A stretch of 64,000 nucleotides of DNA from Octopus vulgaris (taxonomy: Eukaryota): the NCBI GenBank assembly GCA_951406725.2, contig OX597835.1, positions 14,136,001 to 14,200,000 on the forward strand, given 5' to 3'. Position numbers and translations under genes: made by a program. This document shows, piece by piece, positions 1-12,426 of this stretch (its first letter is position 1; each line of letters starts with the position of its first letter). The notes below the pieces were generated by a model. That model had not been told where the DNA came from, made no database searches, and worked only from the letters and a program-made list of their open reading frames with translations.

Positions 1-191
1 ATAGTAGCAAACGCCTGCAGAAGATGTCATGCAGTGGGATTGAACCTGATACCATGTGATTGGAATACAGACTTCTTAGTCGCACAGCCATGTATAATAA
101 AAGCAGTCTCATTAATTGTGTATTTCCATGCAACGAGTGTATAATACTAGTCTTTGCAATAATATATTTTGCTTCTCTTGTTTCTTTGTAG

Positions 192-379
192 AATCTGGAA
201 TCTGTGAAACAGTTGAAAGCTATGCTCCTGATGCAGTGCGAGAAGTGGGCCGCAGACAAACTGCCTGTATTTAATCAAATTTTATTGGACACATGCGAGA
301 AGCAAATTGGATTCCTAATTAGTGAAAGATTCATTAACATGCCCTCGTCTGTGGCAGTACCACTGTACGAATCATTAAG
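192..379 (+). CDS. BCCIP: BCCIP/Bcp1 homolog, internal exon (5' exons lie outside the window)
   Basis: Acceptor tttctttgtag ends at 191; donor ag|gtgagg. Translates NLESVKQLKAMLL...IGFLISERFINMPSSVAVPLYESL, matching the BCCIP motif GLLxSERFINxP. Confidence 0.88.
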
Positions 380-416
380 GTGAGGCTAACTTTTCATTTG
401 TTGAAATTTCATTAAT

Positions 417-788
417 ACTCTTTTTACTCTTTTACTTGTTTCAGTCATTTGACTGCGGCCATGCTGGAGCACCGCCTTTAGTCGAGCAAATCGACCCCGG
501 GACTTATTCTTTGTAAGCCCAGTACTTATTCTATCGGTCTCTTTTGCCGAACCGCTAAGTGACGGGGCGTAAACTCACCAGCATCAGTTGTCAAGCAATG
601 GTAGGGGACAAGCACACACACACATATATACGACAGGCTTCTTTCAGTTTCCGTCTACCAAATCCACTCACAAGGCATTGGTCGGCCCGGGGCTATAGCA
701 GAAGACACTTGCCCAAGGTGCCACGCAGTGGGACTGAACCCGGAACCATGTGGTTGGTTAGCAAGCTACTTACCACACAGCCACTCCT
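417..788 (-). mobile_element. tRNA-derived SINE, family A
   Basis: Head (rc) ggagtggctgtgtggtaag...ggttcagtccc with A/B-box-like motifs, internal (CA/TA)n tract, tail gactgaaacaagtaaaagag. More than ten copies in the window. Confidence 0.85.
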
Positions 789-907
789 AAAGCTAGATTT
801 ATATTTTTTAATTAATCTGATTGACAAACAACATTACAAATCTTCCAGCATTCATAGTTCTATCACCATGACAGATTTATCCATTTTGCCTGATTAAAAT
901 AGGTCAT

Positions 908-942
<35 letters not shown>

Positions 943-943
943 C

Positions 944-1140
944 CTTTCTAGGCTGAGATTTGGGGTAGGGGATAAATTGATACATTGACCCCCAATGTTC
1001 AACTGGTACTTATTTTGTCAACCCTGAAAGGATGAAAGGCAAAGTTGACCTTGGTGGAATTTGAACTCGGAACACAAGGGCGGATGAAATGCCACTAAGC
1101 ATTTTGTACAGTGTGCTAATGATTTTGCCATCTCACCTCA
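944..1140 (-). mobile_element. Diverged SINE, family B
   Basis: Contains gaaaggatgaaaggcaaagttgacc...ggaatttgaactc, shared with the copies at 14089, 29299 and 35021. Confidence 0.65.
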
Positions 1141-1143
1141 GTG

Positions 1144-1383
1144 ATCATCATCATCATCATCATCATCATTTAACGTCCGCCTTCCATGCTAGCATGGGTT
1201 GGACGATTTTGACTGAGGGCTGGCGAACCAGATGGCTGCACCAGACTCCAATCTTGATTTGGCAGAGTTTCTACAGCTGGATGCCCTTCCTAACGCCAAC
1301 CACTCCAAGAGTGTAGTGGGTGCTTTTTACGTGCCACTGGCACGGGGGCCAGTTTCTAGAGCTGGATGCCCTTCCTAACGCCA
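1144..1383 (-). mobile_element. SINE family C 3' part, (GAT)n tail
   Basis: catcatcatttaacgtccg...ctggatgcccttcctaacgcc; homologs at ~1960, ~3475, 3731 and 8083. Confidence 0.7.
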
Positions 1384-1661
1384 GATATTAATAATAATAA
1401 TATAATAATAATATAATAACAATAAGGATAATATTAATTCAGAGTAAACTCCTTCAAGACTGCTGCCATGTTATCTATAACTTTGCTAAACCTCCAAGAC
1501 ACACCTTTGTTTATTCACTAGAAACATAAAATTGGAAATATTCTCCCAATTCTTCAACTTTTAATAATATGAAGGTGTAAATGATTAAAAGAGTCAAACT
1601 GCAGCCCTTTCTGAATGGCATGCCCGACAAATAATTACCTCAAAGTTTTTATTATAAATGT

Positions 1662-1910
1662 GGAGGCGTGTGGCTTAGTGGTCAGGGAGTCAGCACCATG
1701 ATCGTAAGATTGTGGTTTCAATTCCTGGACCAGGCGACGCATTGTGTTCTTGAGCAAAATACTTCATTTCACGTTGCTCCAGTTCACTCAGCTGGCAAAA
1801 ATGAGTAATGCTGCGATAGACTGGCGTCCCTTCCAGCTGGGGAACACATACGCCATTGAAACTGGGAAACTGGGCCCATGAGCCTGGCTAGGCTTTTAAA
1901 GGGTGCATTT
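1662..1910 (+). mobile_element. tRNA-derived SINE (distinct family)
   Basis: A-box tggcttagtgg, B-box ggtttcaattcc, then cttgagcaaaatacttc body. Confidence 0.6.
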
Positions 1911-2426
1911 ATTTTATTATGAGTAATTCAAATCAGTAATAACAGTTACTAAATCTGTCATCATCATCATCGTTTAATGTTGGTTTTCCATGTTGGCATG
2001 AGTTGGACTCCAATTGTCTGTTGTGGCATGGTTTCTATGGCTGGTTGTCCTTCCTGACACCTGCCTCTTTACAGAGTGTGTTGGGTGCTTTTTATGTGGT
2101 ACCGGCACCCACTTGCTTGATTAGTTGGAGAAGGAATGCAGGGGACAAGTCTGTATGCAAGGACAACCAATGCTTTTACTTAGCTTGGCGTGTTTTCTGA
2201 AGCACAGAAAACCGCCAGGAGTCTTAGTCCCCTGTCATCCCTTCTGTGAGCCCCAACATCTGTAGGTGCTTTCTCTTGAATTTTCTTTTTTTGGTAGTAG
2301 TTACCAAATCCTTCCAAAATGTTATTTAAAAAGAAAAAAAAATCAATTAAAACACAGGCAGATACAACCACAAAGAAACCTTTAGCTTTCATATTTCTCT
2401 GTCAAATGTAATGCTTATCTCTCTCT

Positions 2427-2790
2427 CACTTGTTTCAGTCATTTGACTGTGGCCATGCTGGAGCACTGCCTTTAGTCGAGCAAATCGACCCCAGGACTTA
2501 TTCTTTGTAAGCTTAGTACATATTCTATTGGTCTCTTTTTGCTAAACCTCTAAGTTACGGGAACGTAAACACACCATCGGTTGTCAAGCGATGTTGGGGG
2601 GACAAACACATACACACATATATACGATGGGCTTCTTTCAGTTTCCATCTGCCAAATCCACTCACAAGGCTTTAGTCGACCCGAGGGTATAGTAGAAGAC
2701 ACTTGCCCAACGTGCCACGCAGTGGGACTGAACCCGGAACCATGTGGCTGGTAAGCAAGCTACTTACCACACAGCCACTCCTACACCTAT
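2427..2790 (-). mobile_element. SINE family A
   Basis: Collinear with 417-788. Confidence 0.85.
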
Positions 2791-2982
2791 ATATCTGTTC
2801 ACATTGATTTGAACTAGTCATGCTTTACCTTGTAGCTTCGAGATTTCAAATGATGTGAGTGTTTATTTTTAGAATGATATTGTAGGGTAAGTGTGAGAGG
2901 CTGGATATGGTCAGTTTAAATGCTAAAAGGTTAAACAGACAAAATCAAAACATTCTATTGTAAAATTTCTTTTATTTTTCAG

Positions 2983-3145
2983 CAAAGATCTCCAGAGTGA
3001 AAAGGTCAACAAGATGAATTACAAATTCGACCAGTTCATTTTAATAAGCAAAACATGTCGTCCACGAATTGAAGGTTCCAAAGAGAGACCAATTGATGAG
3101 AATGAAATAACTTACCTTAATCTTGAAGAACAAGTTTTATTAGAG
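2983..3145 (+). CDS. BCCIP: BCCIP homolog, penultimate exon
   Basis: Acceptor ttttttcag; phase matches the previous exon (AG+C = Ser). Translates KDLQSEKVNKMNYKFDQFILISKTC...EITYLNLEEQVLLE; donor gag|gtttgt. Confidence 0.85.
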
Positions 3146-3730
3146 GTTTGTAGCAATTGTTTTTCCCTTTTTTTTCTTTTTTGGTTTTGGCTTTTCACCG
3201 ATTCCAGTTTGTTGGAAGAATAATAAATTAACATTCAAGATTTATTTCCCTTTGTGACTTCACACTGAGAGGACATTGTATCACCATCATCGTCATTGTT
3301 ATTTTTATCATTTTATTTCTGATTTCCATGCTGGTGTGGGTTTGAGGAATCAGCATTGTCCAAGTTACCACCTCGGAGTTGCCGCCAGAGAACTCTGCCT
3401 CGTTTGTCTGCTTTCAAATGGCAAAAATAGACGTTAAAAATGTTTGAATGAACGAATTATGTTTTGTAATTTCATCATCATTTAATGTTCCTTGTATGCT
3501 GGCATGGGTTTGGTGGTTTGACATAGACAAACTAGCTGCCAGAGAGCTGCACCAAGTCTTGATGTCTGTTTGGCCTGGTTTCTTTCACCTGGTTGATGCC
3601 CTTCCTAATGCCAACCAGTTCACAGAGTGTACTAGATGCTTTTTACATTGCACCAGCGTCAGTACCAGTGGGGTCACCAAGTACCTGCAAGTCAGGACCC
3701 CTCAGCTGAGTGGATTATTGGATTGAGGGA

Positions 3731-4100
3731 TCATCATCATCATTTAGCATCCGCTTTCCATGCTAGCATGGGTTGGACGGTTCAACTGGGGTCTGGGAAG
3801 CCAGAAGGCTGCACCAGGCCCAGTCTGATCTGGCAATGTTTGTACGGCTGGATGCCCTTCCTAACGCCAGCCACTCCATGAGTGTAGTGGGTGCTTTTTA
3901 CGTACCACCGGCACAGGTGTCAGACTGGACTGGCAAACAGCCACGGGCAGATGGTGCTTTTTACGTGCCACCAGCACGCGGACCAAGCGGGGCTGGCAAC
4001 GGCCACGATTGGATGGTGCTATTTCGTGCCACCATCGGGGCGGCGCTGGCAACGGCCATGTTCGAATGGTTCGCTTACTTGCCACCGGCACTGGTATCAC
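3731..4100 (-). mobile_element. SINE family C with an internal ~55-60 bp tandem repeat
   Basis: Family C tail followed by four units containing ggtgcttttacgtRccaccRgcac-like cores. Confidence 0.65.
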
Positions 4101-4170
4101 AGCTAGCTAAAAGAGACACAACAAGTGCAGGTGTCTTACTGAAAAGGTGAATACATGGCTTACCCACCTG

Positions 4171-4201
<31 letters not shown>

Positions 4202-4664
4202 AGAAAAATGTGAGATCCAGGTACAAGGTGAATATATGAGAGACAGAATAGGATAGAGGAGCAGAAAAGATGAATGGACAGGTAAATGCACTCAGTGTAA
4301 ATGGTGTGATTGATGATTAGGGATGGGGGAATAAGTGAAGGAATGACTGTGTAATTTAATTGTACAGTTAAAGGGTTAAAACGTCTGCTAGGTGATAAAG
4401 AATAAGGACTACTTGCCAAATGAGGTAAACATGAAATTTGAACATGTTTCTAAATATTTTGATGCGTTTATTTTGCATGGGGAGTGACTCTGTACTGAGT
4501 CTGTATAAAATTGACAAGGAACCGAGACAAATCCGAGGTACGTCTTGTTTGTCAGGAGTTATCTTATCTTGTGAAGTTACTTCCCTTGGCACAGGAAATT
4601 TATGTCGCTGCTGAATACAAGCAGTGTGCCAAACGTTTTGTTTTACGTGCATATGTATGTATAG

Positions 4665-4709
4665 CCTGGCTTTCACTCGAGCGGTCCAGGTTCGATTCCT
4701 GGCATAGGA
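4665..4709 (+). pseudogene. 3' half of a tRNA-Glu(TTC)-like sequence
   Basis: cctggctTTCactcgagcggtccaggttcgattcctggcatagga resembles the anticodon arm, T arm and acceptor 3' strand of metazoan tRNA-Glu; the 5' half is absent. Confidence 0.55.
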
Positions 4710-4730
4710 ATGCACATTTTCTTTTCGTAG

Positions 4731-5327
4731 AGGCAAGCATGATTTTGTGGTAAGAAGCTTGCTTCTCAACCACATTGCTCCGGGTTCAGTCCCATTGCGT
4801 AGCACCTTATGAAGTTTAAATTATATATAATGATAGAGATTACTTATATGCACTAAAGGTGTGTTTTTGCCTATGTTTACATCTGTAAACCGTGTTTACT
4901 AGGGGATTTTTAGAAAAAATAATGAAAAATAGCTCAGAATTACAGAGAAGACAGAATTCCTTACCTTTGTCATAAGGTATTGTGATTGAGAGAATCAACC
5001 ATTCTAAATAAAGTTGTTCATTGTGGTCTTTTAGATCCCAAATTAGTTTGCTGAGACTGGTACTCAGGCCGACCAAAGTCTTGTTAGTGGATTTGGTAGA
5101 TGGAAACTAAAAGAAGCCCGTCGTGTATATATATATATATATAAGTTTGTGTGTCTGTATTTGTCCCCCAACATCGCTTGACAACCGATGCGGGTGTGTT
5201 TACGTCCCCATAACTTAAGCTGTTCAAAAAAAAAAAAGCAATAGAATAAACACTAAGCTTACAAAGAATAAGTCTTGGGGTTTGCTCGACTAAAGGTGGT
5301 GCTCCAGCATGGCCGCAGTCAAATGAA
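4731..5327 (+). mobile_element. SINE family A split by a Penelope fragment
   Basis: Head at 4731-4808; body resumes at ~5063 (ggccgaccaaag...gtggatttggtag). Confidence 0.7.
4840..5062 (-). mobile_element. Penelope-like element fragment (GIY-YIG endonuclease C-terminus)
   Basis: TSLSKLIWDLKD...W.IL...Y...CLLC..E..FI...N....CKH fits the Penelope-like element (PLE) C-terminal pattern. Confidence 0.7.
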
Positions 5328-5567
5328 CCTTCTAGCATTCAGGGTACTCCGTCAAATGTAATGCTTATTTATTCTTGTTGCTTTGAATTAATCATGCATT
5401 ATCTCAAAGAATTGAAATTTTGATGATGTGATTGTTTAGTTTTGAGAAGGACATTGCCCGGTAGGTGTGAGAGGTCAAATCTGGCTGGTTTGAAAATAAA
5501 GTTACGCAGAATATTAAGGCCAGATATGACCAAAGGGTTGAATAAACTGAATTTAACCTGATTTAGT

Positions 5568-5776
5568 ACTCTTTACTCTTTTACTCTTTTACTTGTTTCA
5601 GTCATGTGACTGTGGCCATGCTGGAGCACCGCCTTTAATCGAGCATCTCGACCCCGGGACTTATTCTTTGTAAGCCCAGTACTTATTCTATCAGTCTCTT
5701 TTGCTGAACCGCTAAGTGACGGGGATATAAACACACCAGCATAGGTTGTCGAGCAAGGCTAGGGGGACAAATACAG

Positions 5777-5819
<43 letters not shown>

Positions 5820-6000
5820 GCTTTATATACATATCCGACGGGCTTTTTCAGTTTCCGCGTCTACCAAATCCACTCACAAGGCTTTGGTCGGCCCGAGGCT
5901 ATAGTAGAAGACACTTGCCTAAGGTGCCACGCAGTGGGACTGAACCCGGAACCATGTGGTTGGTAAGCAAGCTACTTACCACACAACCACTCCTGCGCCT
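5568..6000 (-). mobile_element. SINE family A
   Basis: Full head to (gtaaaaga)n tail; ends ~50 nt before the last BCCIP acceptor. Confidence 0.85.
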
Positions 6001-6051
6001 ATTTCACTTTTATTCACTTTTATTTATTTCCGTTTTTTTTTTTTTTTTCAG

Positions 6052-6216
6052 AATGCTAGCCATTACTTCACATATTCTGTGGCCAAAGAACGAGATACGC
6101 TTGTGGATGGGAAGTGGATAGAAGAAGATTACGAGTCTTTGAGAACAGTTCTTCTGTTTGATGCCAAGAAGACTACACAGATCATTGAAGACATGAAAGA
6201 GTTCCTAGGGAAATAA
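6052..6216 (+). CDS. BCCIP: BCCIP homolog, last coding exon
   Basis: Poly-T tract plus cag acceptor, phase 0. Translates NASHYFTYSVAKERDTLVDGKW...LRTVLLFD...MKEFLGK*, resembling the BCCIP C-terminus. Confidence 0.85.
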   Translation, partial: NASHYFTYSVAKERDTLVDGKWIEEDYESLRTVLLFDAKKTTQIIEDMKEFLGK

Positions 6217-6459
6217 ATGTTTTTTAAAAAAATATTCACTTTTTAGTTCTTTGTTGTTTTGTTATGTGAAGAAAAGCATGTGTTATTTTGATGGCCATTA
6301 AGGGGTATATGTGAAGAAGAGCAGAGCATGTGGCTTGCTTTAGGGGCAGTGACGGAGTCATGTAAAGAACCGTGTATACCATATATGGTAGCATGAGAGA
6401 AGTGTGGGCATGTTAAATGCATCCCGATTTTATTATAGCAGATACTAATGTTTTATTTC

Positions 6460-6475
6460 ATTAAAGTGCATTAAA
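6460..6475 (+). terminator. Candidate poly(A) signals (two ATTAAA) for BCCIP
   Basis: Two ATTAAA hexamers ~250 nt after the stop codon; no transcript support. Confidence 0.3.
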
Positions 6476-6915
6476 GCACAGGTGTGGCCGTGTGGTAAGA
6501 AGCCGGCTTTCCAACCGCATGATTTTGGGTTCAGTTCCACTATAGGATATCTTGGACAAATGCTTTCTACTGTAGCCCTATGCTGACCAAAGCCTTGGGA
6601 ATGGATTTAGTTGACAGAAAGTGAAAAACGTTTATCATGTATGTACGCATGCATGCATGTATGTATATACGTATGTATGTATATGTGTATGTACTTGTGT
6701 AAGGATGCTTGTGTGCATCTGTGTGTGTGTGTAAGTTTATGTTACTATCTCCTTGCCTTGACACCATGTGATGTCTGGCCATGAGGAAACATTACCTCAA
6801 CTGGAAACAAGTGAAGGTTAACAGCAGGAAAGGCACCCAGCCACAGCAAATTCACCTCAAAAAATGTCTGTCCAACTCATCCAAGCATGGAAAAGTGGAC
6901 ATGAAACCAATGATG
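6476..6915 (+). mobile_element. Old SINE: family-A-like tRNA head with family-C-like tail
   Basis: gtggccgtgtggtaag...ggttcagttcc head; caggaaaggcacccagcc...gcatggaaaagtggac...gatg tail. Confidence 0.55.
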
Positions 6916-6920
6916 GAAAC

Positions 6921-7050
6921 CTATTTCTTTATTACCCACAAGGGGCTAAACACAGAGATGACAAACACATTAAGTCGATTACACCGACCCCAGTGCGTAA
7001 CTGGTACTTAATTTATCGACCCTGAAATGGTGAAAGGCAAAGTCGACCTT
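6921..7050 (-). mobile_element. SINE family B, 3' part
   Basis: tttctttattacccacaaggggctaaacacagag...aaggcaaagtcgacc. Confidence 0.7.
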
Positions 7051-7354
7051 TAAAGCAACTTTGCGTAAGGCATCCATGGTGATTTTTTTAAAGCATTTTT
7101 TGGGGGGAAGATGTATTTCTTGTCTATCACCAAATACAATTGTTACTTTGGGGACCTGTGAAAGAGTTTATATGTAAATTGTTATTGTTGAGCAGATTGA
7201 TAATGAAATGTTTTACAACTGTCGCCATGCTCTCTTTGCTTTCAAAACATGATATTGAGGGCTGTATTATCCATTGTATCTTATATCGCTTACTTGTTGC
7301 ACTCAAAAGTACTGGGATACTATTTCAAAGGGTTCAGCCAAACAAATAAATCCT

Positions 7355-7695
7355 GGTGCAGAAGTGGCTGTGTGGTAAGTAGCTTGCTTACCAACCACAT
7401 GGTTCCGGGTTCAGTCCCACTGTGTGGCATCTTGGGCAATTGTCTTCTAATATAGCCTCGGGCCAACCAAAGCTTTGTGAGTGGATTTGGTAGGCAGAAA
7501 CTGAAAGAAGCCCGTCGTATATATGTGTGTGTTTATCCCCCCAACATCGTTTGACAACCGATGCTGGTGTGTTTACGTCCCCGTAACTTAGCGGTTCGGT
7601 AAAAGACCGATAGAATAAGTACTGGGGTCGATTTGCTTGGCTAAAGGCAGTGCTCCAGCATGGCCGCAGTCAAATGACTGAAACAAGTAAAAGAA
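7355..7695 (+). mobile_element. SINE family A, followed tail-to-tail by an older inverted copy (~7697-7950)
   Basis: Collinear with the other family A copies. Confidence 0.8.
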
Positions 7696-8082
7696 GGTAC
7701 TTATTCGATTGGTCTCTTTTGCTGAACCTCTAAGTTATGGGGGATGTAAACAAACCATCGTCAGTTAAGCAGTGGGGGTGGGGAACACATATATATGTGT
7801 GTGTATGACAGACTTTTTTAAGTTTCTGTTTACTAAATTCACCCACAAGGCCCAAGACTATATAGTAGAAGACACTGAAGGTGCCATGCAATAGGACTGA
7901 ACCCAGAACTACGTGGTTGGGAAGCAAATTTCTTACCATGCAGCTACACTTGTATATCCTATAATTAGCTATTCCTCTATTATATAACTCTCAAACAAAA
8001 TAACTGTTGATAGCATGACTTGAAACATTTTCTTTATATCTTATAATGATGGCTATGCACCTATATATATATATATACATAT

Positions 8083-8254
8083 AGGCACATAAAAAGCACC
8101 CACTACACTCTCGGAGTGGTTGGCGTTAGGAAGGGCATCCAGCTGTAGAAACACTGCCAGATCAGACTGGAGCCTGGCGCAGCCTCCTGGCTTCCCAGAC
8201 CCCAGTTGAACCGTCCAACCCATGCCAGCATGGAAAACGGACGTTAAACGATGA
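8083..8254 (+). mobile_element. SINE family C, 3' part
   Basis: ggcgttaggaagggcatccagctgtagaaac...ggacgttaaacgatgat. Confidence 0.7.
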
Positions 8255-8260
8255 TACATA

Positions 8261-9032
8261 CAGGGGTTAGACAAAATAACGGAAACACCTTAAAATTTCA
8301 AACAAATTAATTTTAACACGGGGTAGGACCGCCTTTGGCAGTAATTACAGCTTGAATTCTACGAGGTATGGACTTGTACAAAGTTTGAATTGTTTCCAAA
8401 GAATTTTTGTCCATTCTTCAGCTAAAACAGTCTCCAGTTCTTGTAGCGATGATGTTGGAGGATATCGACTCCTCACTTGTTTTTCTAAAATGCACCATAA
8501 ATATTCAATGATATTGAGATCTGTGGACTGTGGTGGTGGCCAGATAAGATGTTCAACTTCACTAGAATGCTCCTTGTGCTATTCGGTAACAACTTTAGCT
8601 GTGTGAATTGGTGCATTATCATCCTGAAAGACTGCGTTTCCCTCCGGAAACAATTCTGTAACCATAGGATGAATTTGATCAGATAAAATGCTTAAATAGT
8701 CTTGACTATTAATTCTGCCACGAAGGGAAAACATTGGGCCGGCAGATTTCCAAGATATAACCTCCCCCCATCAGATCCTCCTCTATGTTTAACAGTTGGA
8801 AGGGGGCAGTCTAGGTCAAATGCTTCTTTTGGCTGTCTCCACACGTATACTTGGCCAGTGGTCGGAAATTAGGTAAAGGATGACTCGTCCGAGAAAATAA
8901 CATTCTTCCACTGCTCTAAGGACCAATTCGGTTTTTACTCCACTCTAAAAGTTTTGCAATGTTTGTTTTTGAAAGTAGGGGTTTTCTGATTGCAGCCCTC
9001 CCGTGAAATCTGACTTTGTGCAGCTCCCGGCA
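8261..9032 (-). mobile_element. Truncated Tc1-like (DD34E-type) transposon
   Basis: TA then TIR caggggttagacaaaataacggaaacac. Minus-strand remnants VIFSDESS, VFQDDNAPIH, WPP-QSTDLNIIE, with frameshifts. Confidence 0.8.
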
Positions 9033-10032
9033 AAGGCACATCAAAAATAATAAAACAGGAAAAACAACAAAAGTCAAGAGGATATACACAACTAATGTAT
9101 TAGATTGACGGCTCAGAGAAAGTTTAAGGTGGAAAAACAGACGGGGTGTGATGTTTCAAGCATGGTTCTTTGTCAAAAAGAGAAAAGAGAAAAAATTCGA
9201 GGAGAAAGAAAATAATCTGAGAAAAGAACGTGTGACGTTACATGGCTGTAAAATGACTGATCGGTAGTGGAAATAGTTAGAGAAAGGGGTCTTTGAAGGC
9301 AGAAGAGAGTGAAAATGACCAATACACACGCTCGCACGCACACATGTGCACACAAATAATGAGTGTGAGATGGAAAACTCTATCAAATTGCATTACTAAG
9401 TGGAAACTAATGCTGTCTCTAAAGATGACTGCTTTACTGAAGCAATGAATCGACTAGCCTGTTATCTAAACCACCTACTCTGAAGATATGAAATAAAAAG
9501 TGGAAAAGAGTGAGTGGAAAAACGTATACTTGTCTGCATTTTTGTTGAATAGGCGTTTGACCGATGGTCACTCAGCCTGTTGAAATTAGCTGCCAAAACT
9601 CTCGCAAATTATACCCTGTCGTTTTACATGAAGGCTTTATGTAGTCCAATATACACAACCATGGGATTATAAGAATGTGAGGTATCCGTCTGTCATGCGG
9701 ACTATGGAAGTAGCTTGTAAATGAACAATTTCAGAAATAAAAATATTACATTTCTAAATATCTCAAAGAGATATAAGCAGTGGTGGAACGATAGAGCAGT
9801 TGTATACTGTCAACTTAATGTGACAGTCCCATGAAGGGAATCACACCACTGCTATTTAGCCCTAGGAAGCAGCAACTCTTCCTGTCAGCCTTGACACATT
9901 ACCTGTGTCTATATGTTTACAAGGGGGAGATAACTTCAGAAATGATTTTAATATCCAGTCCGTGATCTGGAGATATTAAGTCTTCGAACAAACCATATCA
10001 GAATAATCGTTATATGAACAAAGACAGATGTA

Positions 10033-11321
10033 CGAGGGACGTTCAATAAATAATGCCTCTGACCCACTTGCAATTGTTTGATTTAGCTGAAATTTTGCAT
10101 GTGCAATCATTTATATCTCTATAGAGTAAGTGAGAAATTACAGTTCAGAACTAATTGTGGTTTCTGATTTACAGGTGTTTGAACTGAGTCAAGTGTGAAA
10201 TGGAGCCTGTTGAGTGTCGAGCAGTGATCCGGTTTTTGTATTTGAAAGGACGCACACCACGGGAGACTTTTGATGAAATGAAAGTAACTTATGGTGATGA
10301 TGCCCCATCATTTGACCTTGTAAAACGCTGGCATCGTGAATTCAAACATGGTCGGAACTCTGTGGAAACAGCTCCCAGATCTGGTCGCCCCTTCTGCCAT
10401 TGATGAGGCATCTGTCCGTCAAGTTGAGGCTGCCATTTTGGAAGATCAACGCATAACTATTCGCCAAATAGCCCATGAGGTAAAGATTAGTACCGGGTCT
10501 GTGGAAACTATCATTCATGACCATTTGCATATGCAAAAGGTGTCTGCCAGATGGATTCCCAGGTTGCTCACGCCTTTCCAGAAGCAAGAACGCGTCGAGT
10601 GCTCGAGGGTGAATTTGGAGATGTGCCAAGAAGATGAGTCAAAATTTTTCAAAAGACTGATTACACAGGATGAAACCTGGGTCCATCACGATGATCCAGA
10701 GACCAAAGCCCAGTCAATGCAGTGGAAGCACCGTGACTCACCCCCTCCAAAGAAGGCAAGGGTGCAGCCCTCCGCTGGCAAGGTCATGCTCACAGTCTTC
10801 TGGGACCAGGACGGAGTAGTGATGACAGATTTCCTGGCAAAGGGTACCACAATTGCAGGAGCCTATTATGCTTCACTTTTGAGGAAATTAAGAGAAGTTA
10901 TCAAAATCAAGAGGCGGGGCAAGATCAGCAAAGGCATCCTCCTCCTGCAGGACAACGCTCCAGTCCACAACTCGCTTGTCGCCAGATCAGAAGCACAGGC
11001 GTATGGCTATGAACTCCTCCCCATCCCCCTACTTTCCTGACCTTGCACCCTCTGATTTTCACCTCTTCCCAATCATGAAGTTGTTTTTGAAAGGAAAGCG
11101 TTTCCCAGATGATGCAGCCTTGATTTCTGAAGTCACGTTGAGGTTGGAGGACCAAGCTGGGTTCTTCTACAAAAACGGTCTCCAGAGCCGCATCAAACGA
11201 TGGGAGAAATGCGTAACTCTGGGTGGTTCCTATGTAGAAAAAGACTAATAACTGTGCCAAGTTTCGTTGCTCTACTGCTATGGGAAGTGGGTCAGGGGCA
11301 TTACTTATTGAACGCCCTACG
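10033..11321 (+). mobile_element. Full-length mariner (DD34D) transposon
   Basis: TA-flanked TIRs cgagggacgttcaataaataatgcctctgacccactt and aagtgggtcaggggcattacttattgaacgccctacg; ~1.29 kb. Confidence 0.92.
10200..11248 (+). pseudogene. Mariner transposase, two frameshifts
   Basis: ORFs 10200-10403, 10336-11040 and 10976-11248 together give HTH, WIPRLL, DETW, QDNAPVH and YFPDLAPSDFHLF. Confidence 0.9.
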
Positions 11322-11489
11322 TATGTATATATGTGGATGAATGCATGTCTGTATGTGTATATTTGTAGTTCAATATCCAAACAGAATAAATAGAACCTTT
11401 TTACTGTCCATGGTAAACCAGTCAAAGCAGCGCCCTCCTTCGTCTATCGAGGAAACTACTTCTATTTTCGTTGACATCGTTAGAACATT

Positions 11490-11616
11490 TGGGCTCCTGT
11501 CGCATCATATCTTTCACTATCATAGCCTGAAGTTTGAAATAAAAGCCCTGGTGTATCTGGCTGTTACTCGCTTCACACTGTTTTATGGATGTGGAACATG
11601 GGCAGCCTACCCATGA
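11490..11616 (+). mobile_element. Small RTE-like LINE fragment
   Basis: IKALVYLAV...TLFYGCGTW resembles the RTE thumb motif K..VY.A...LLYG.ETW. Confidence 0.45.
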
Positions 11617-12332
11617 GGAGTTTCAGGGAACAAAACAGAGGCTGATTACACTGTGTAACACGATTTTTGCCCTTGGGTTGCTGCTGTTATTTCCTGTTTG
11701 CTTACCCCCCCTCCCGAAAGTTTGGAAAAAGAGCCAGTATATATATATTTCCTTCAAACTTTGCTTTTGTTACATTTATTCAAACTCAAAAGAATCCCTC
11801 TCCACATATAGCTTTGATGCTCCCCCACTACTCCTTTTCATGATCAGAGATGCACATATTGTCAGCCACTGAGGGACATGCTCAACTGGTTAAGGTCAAG
11901 CAAGTCTGTGGTATTGAGCAGAGTATTTGCTATAACGATATTTCTGCTTCAGCAACTCAGTACTGAATCTGTCTGAAATGTAATGGAAAAATAGGTCAGT
12001 TTCAAAACATTGATACCAAGGTCACAAAAGTTTGAAGGAATAGTAGTCATTTCCTTTGATTTCTAGATAGAAGCAAATAGGAAATAACACTTAATGACCA
12101 AAGACAAAAAAATAAAAAATAAAAATAAGAATTTTGTTACACAATGTTATGAACGTCAAATCTGAAACCGGTCCAGAGGTTGAGACATGTGAAAAGGACA
12201 TCAAACATGAGAATACCGAAATAGACCCGATACTCTGAAATGTGATGTGATGTCTGGCAATGAGGAAACATTATACACAAATAGGAGTTGAAAAAGGTAA
12301 AGAAAAAACTTTGTCACAGGCGGGCATACGCT

Positions 12333-12394
12333 CATCATCATCATCGTCATCATCGTCATCATCATCATCATCATCATCATCATCGTCATCATCG

Positions 12395-12426
<32 letters not shown>

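Noticed and set aside
559-897. Recurrent ORF ...[41 protein letters not shown]...
   Set aside because: Antisense reading of SINE family A; it recurs at each SINE copy.
3885-4100. CRISPR-like repeat/spacer pattern (also 36815-37245)
   Set aside because: Eukaryotic context, degenerate repeats, spacers related to each other or made of microsatellite, and no cas genes.
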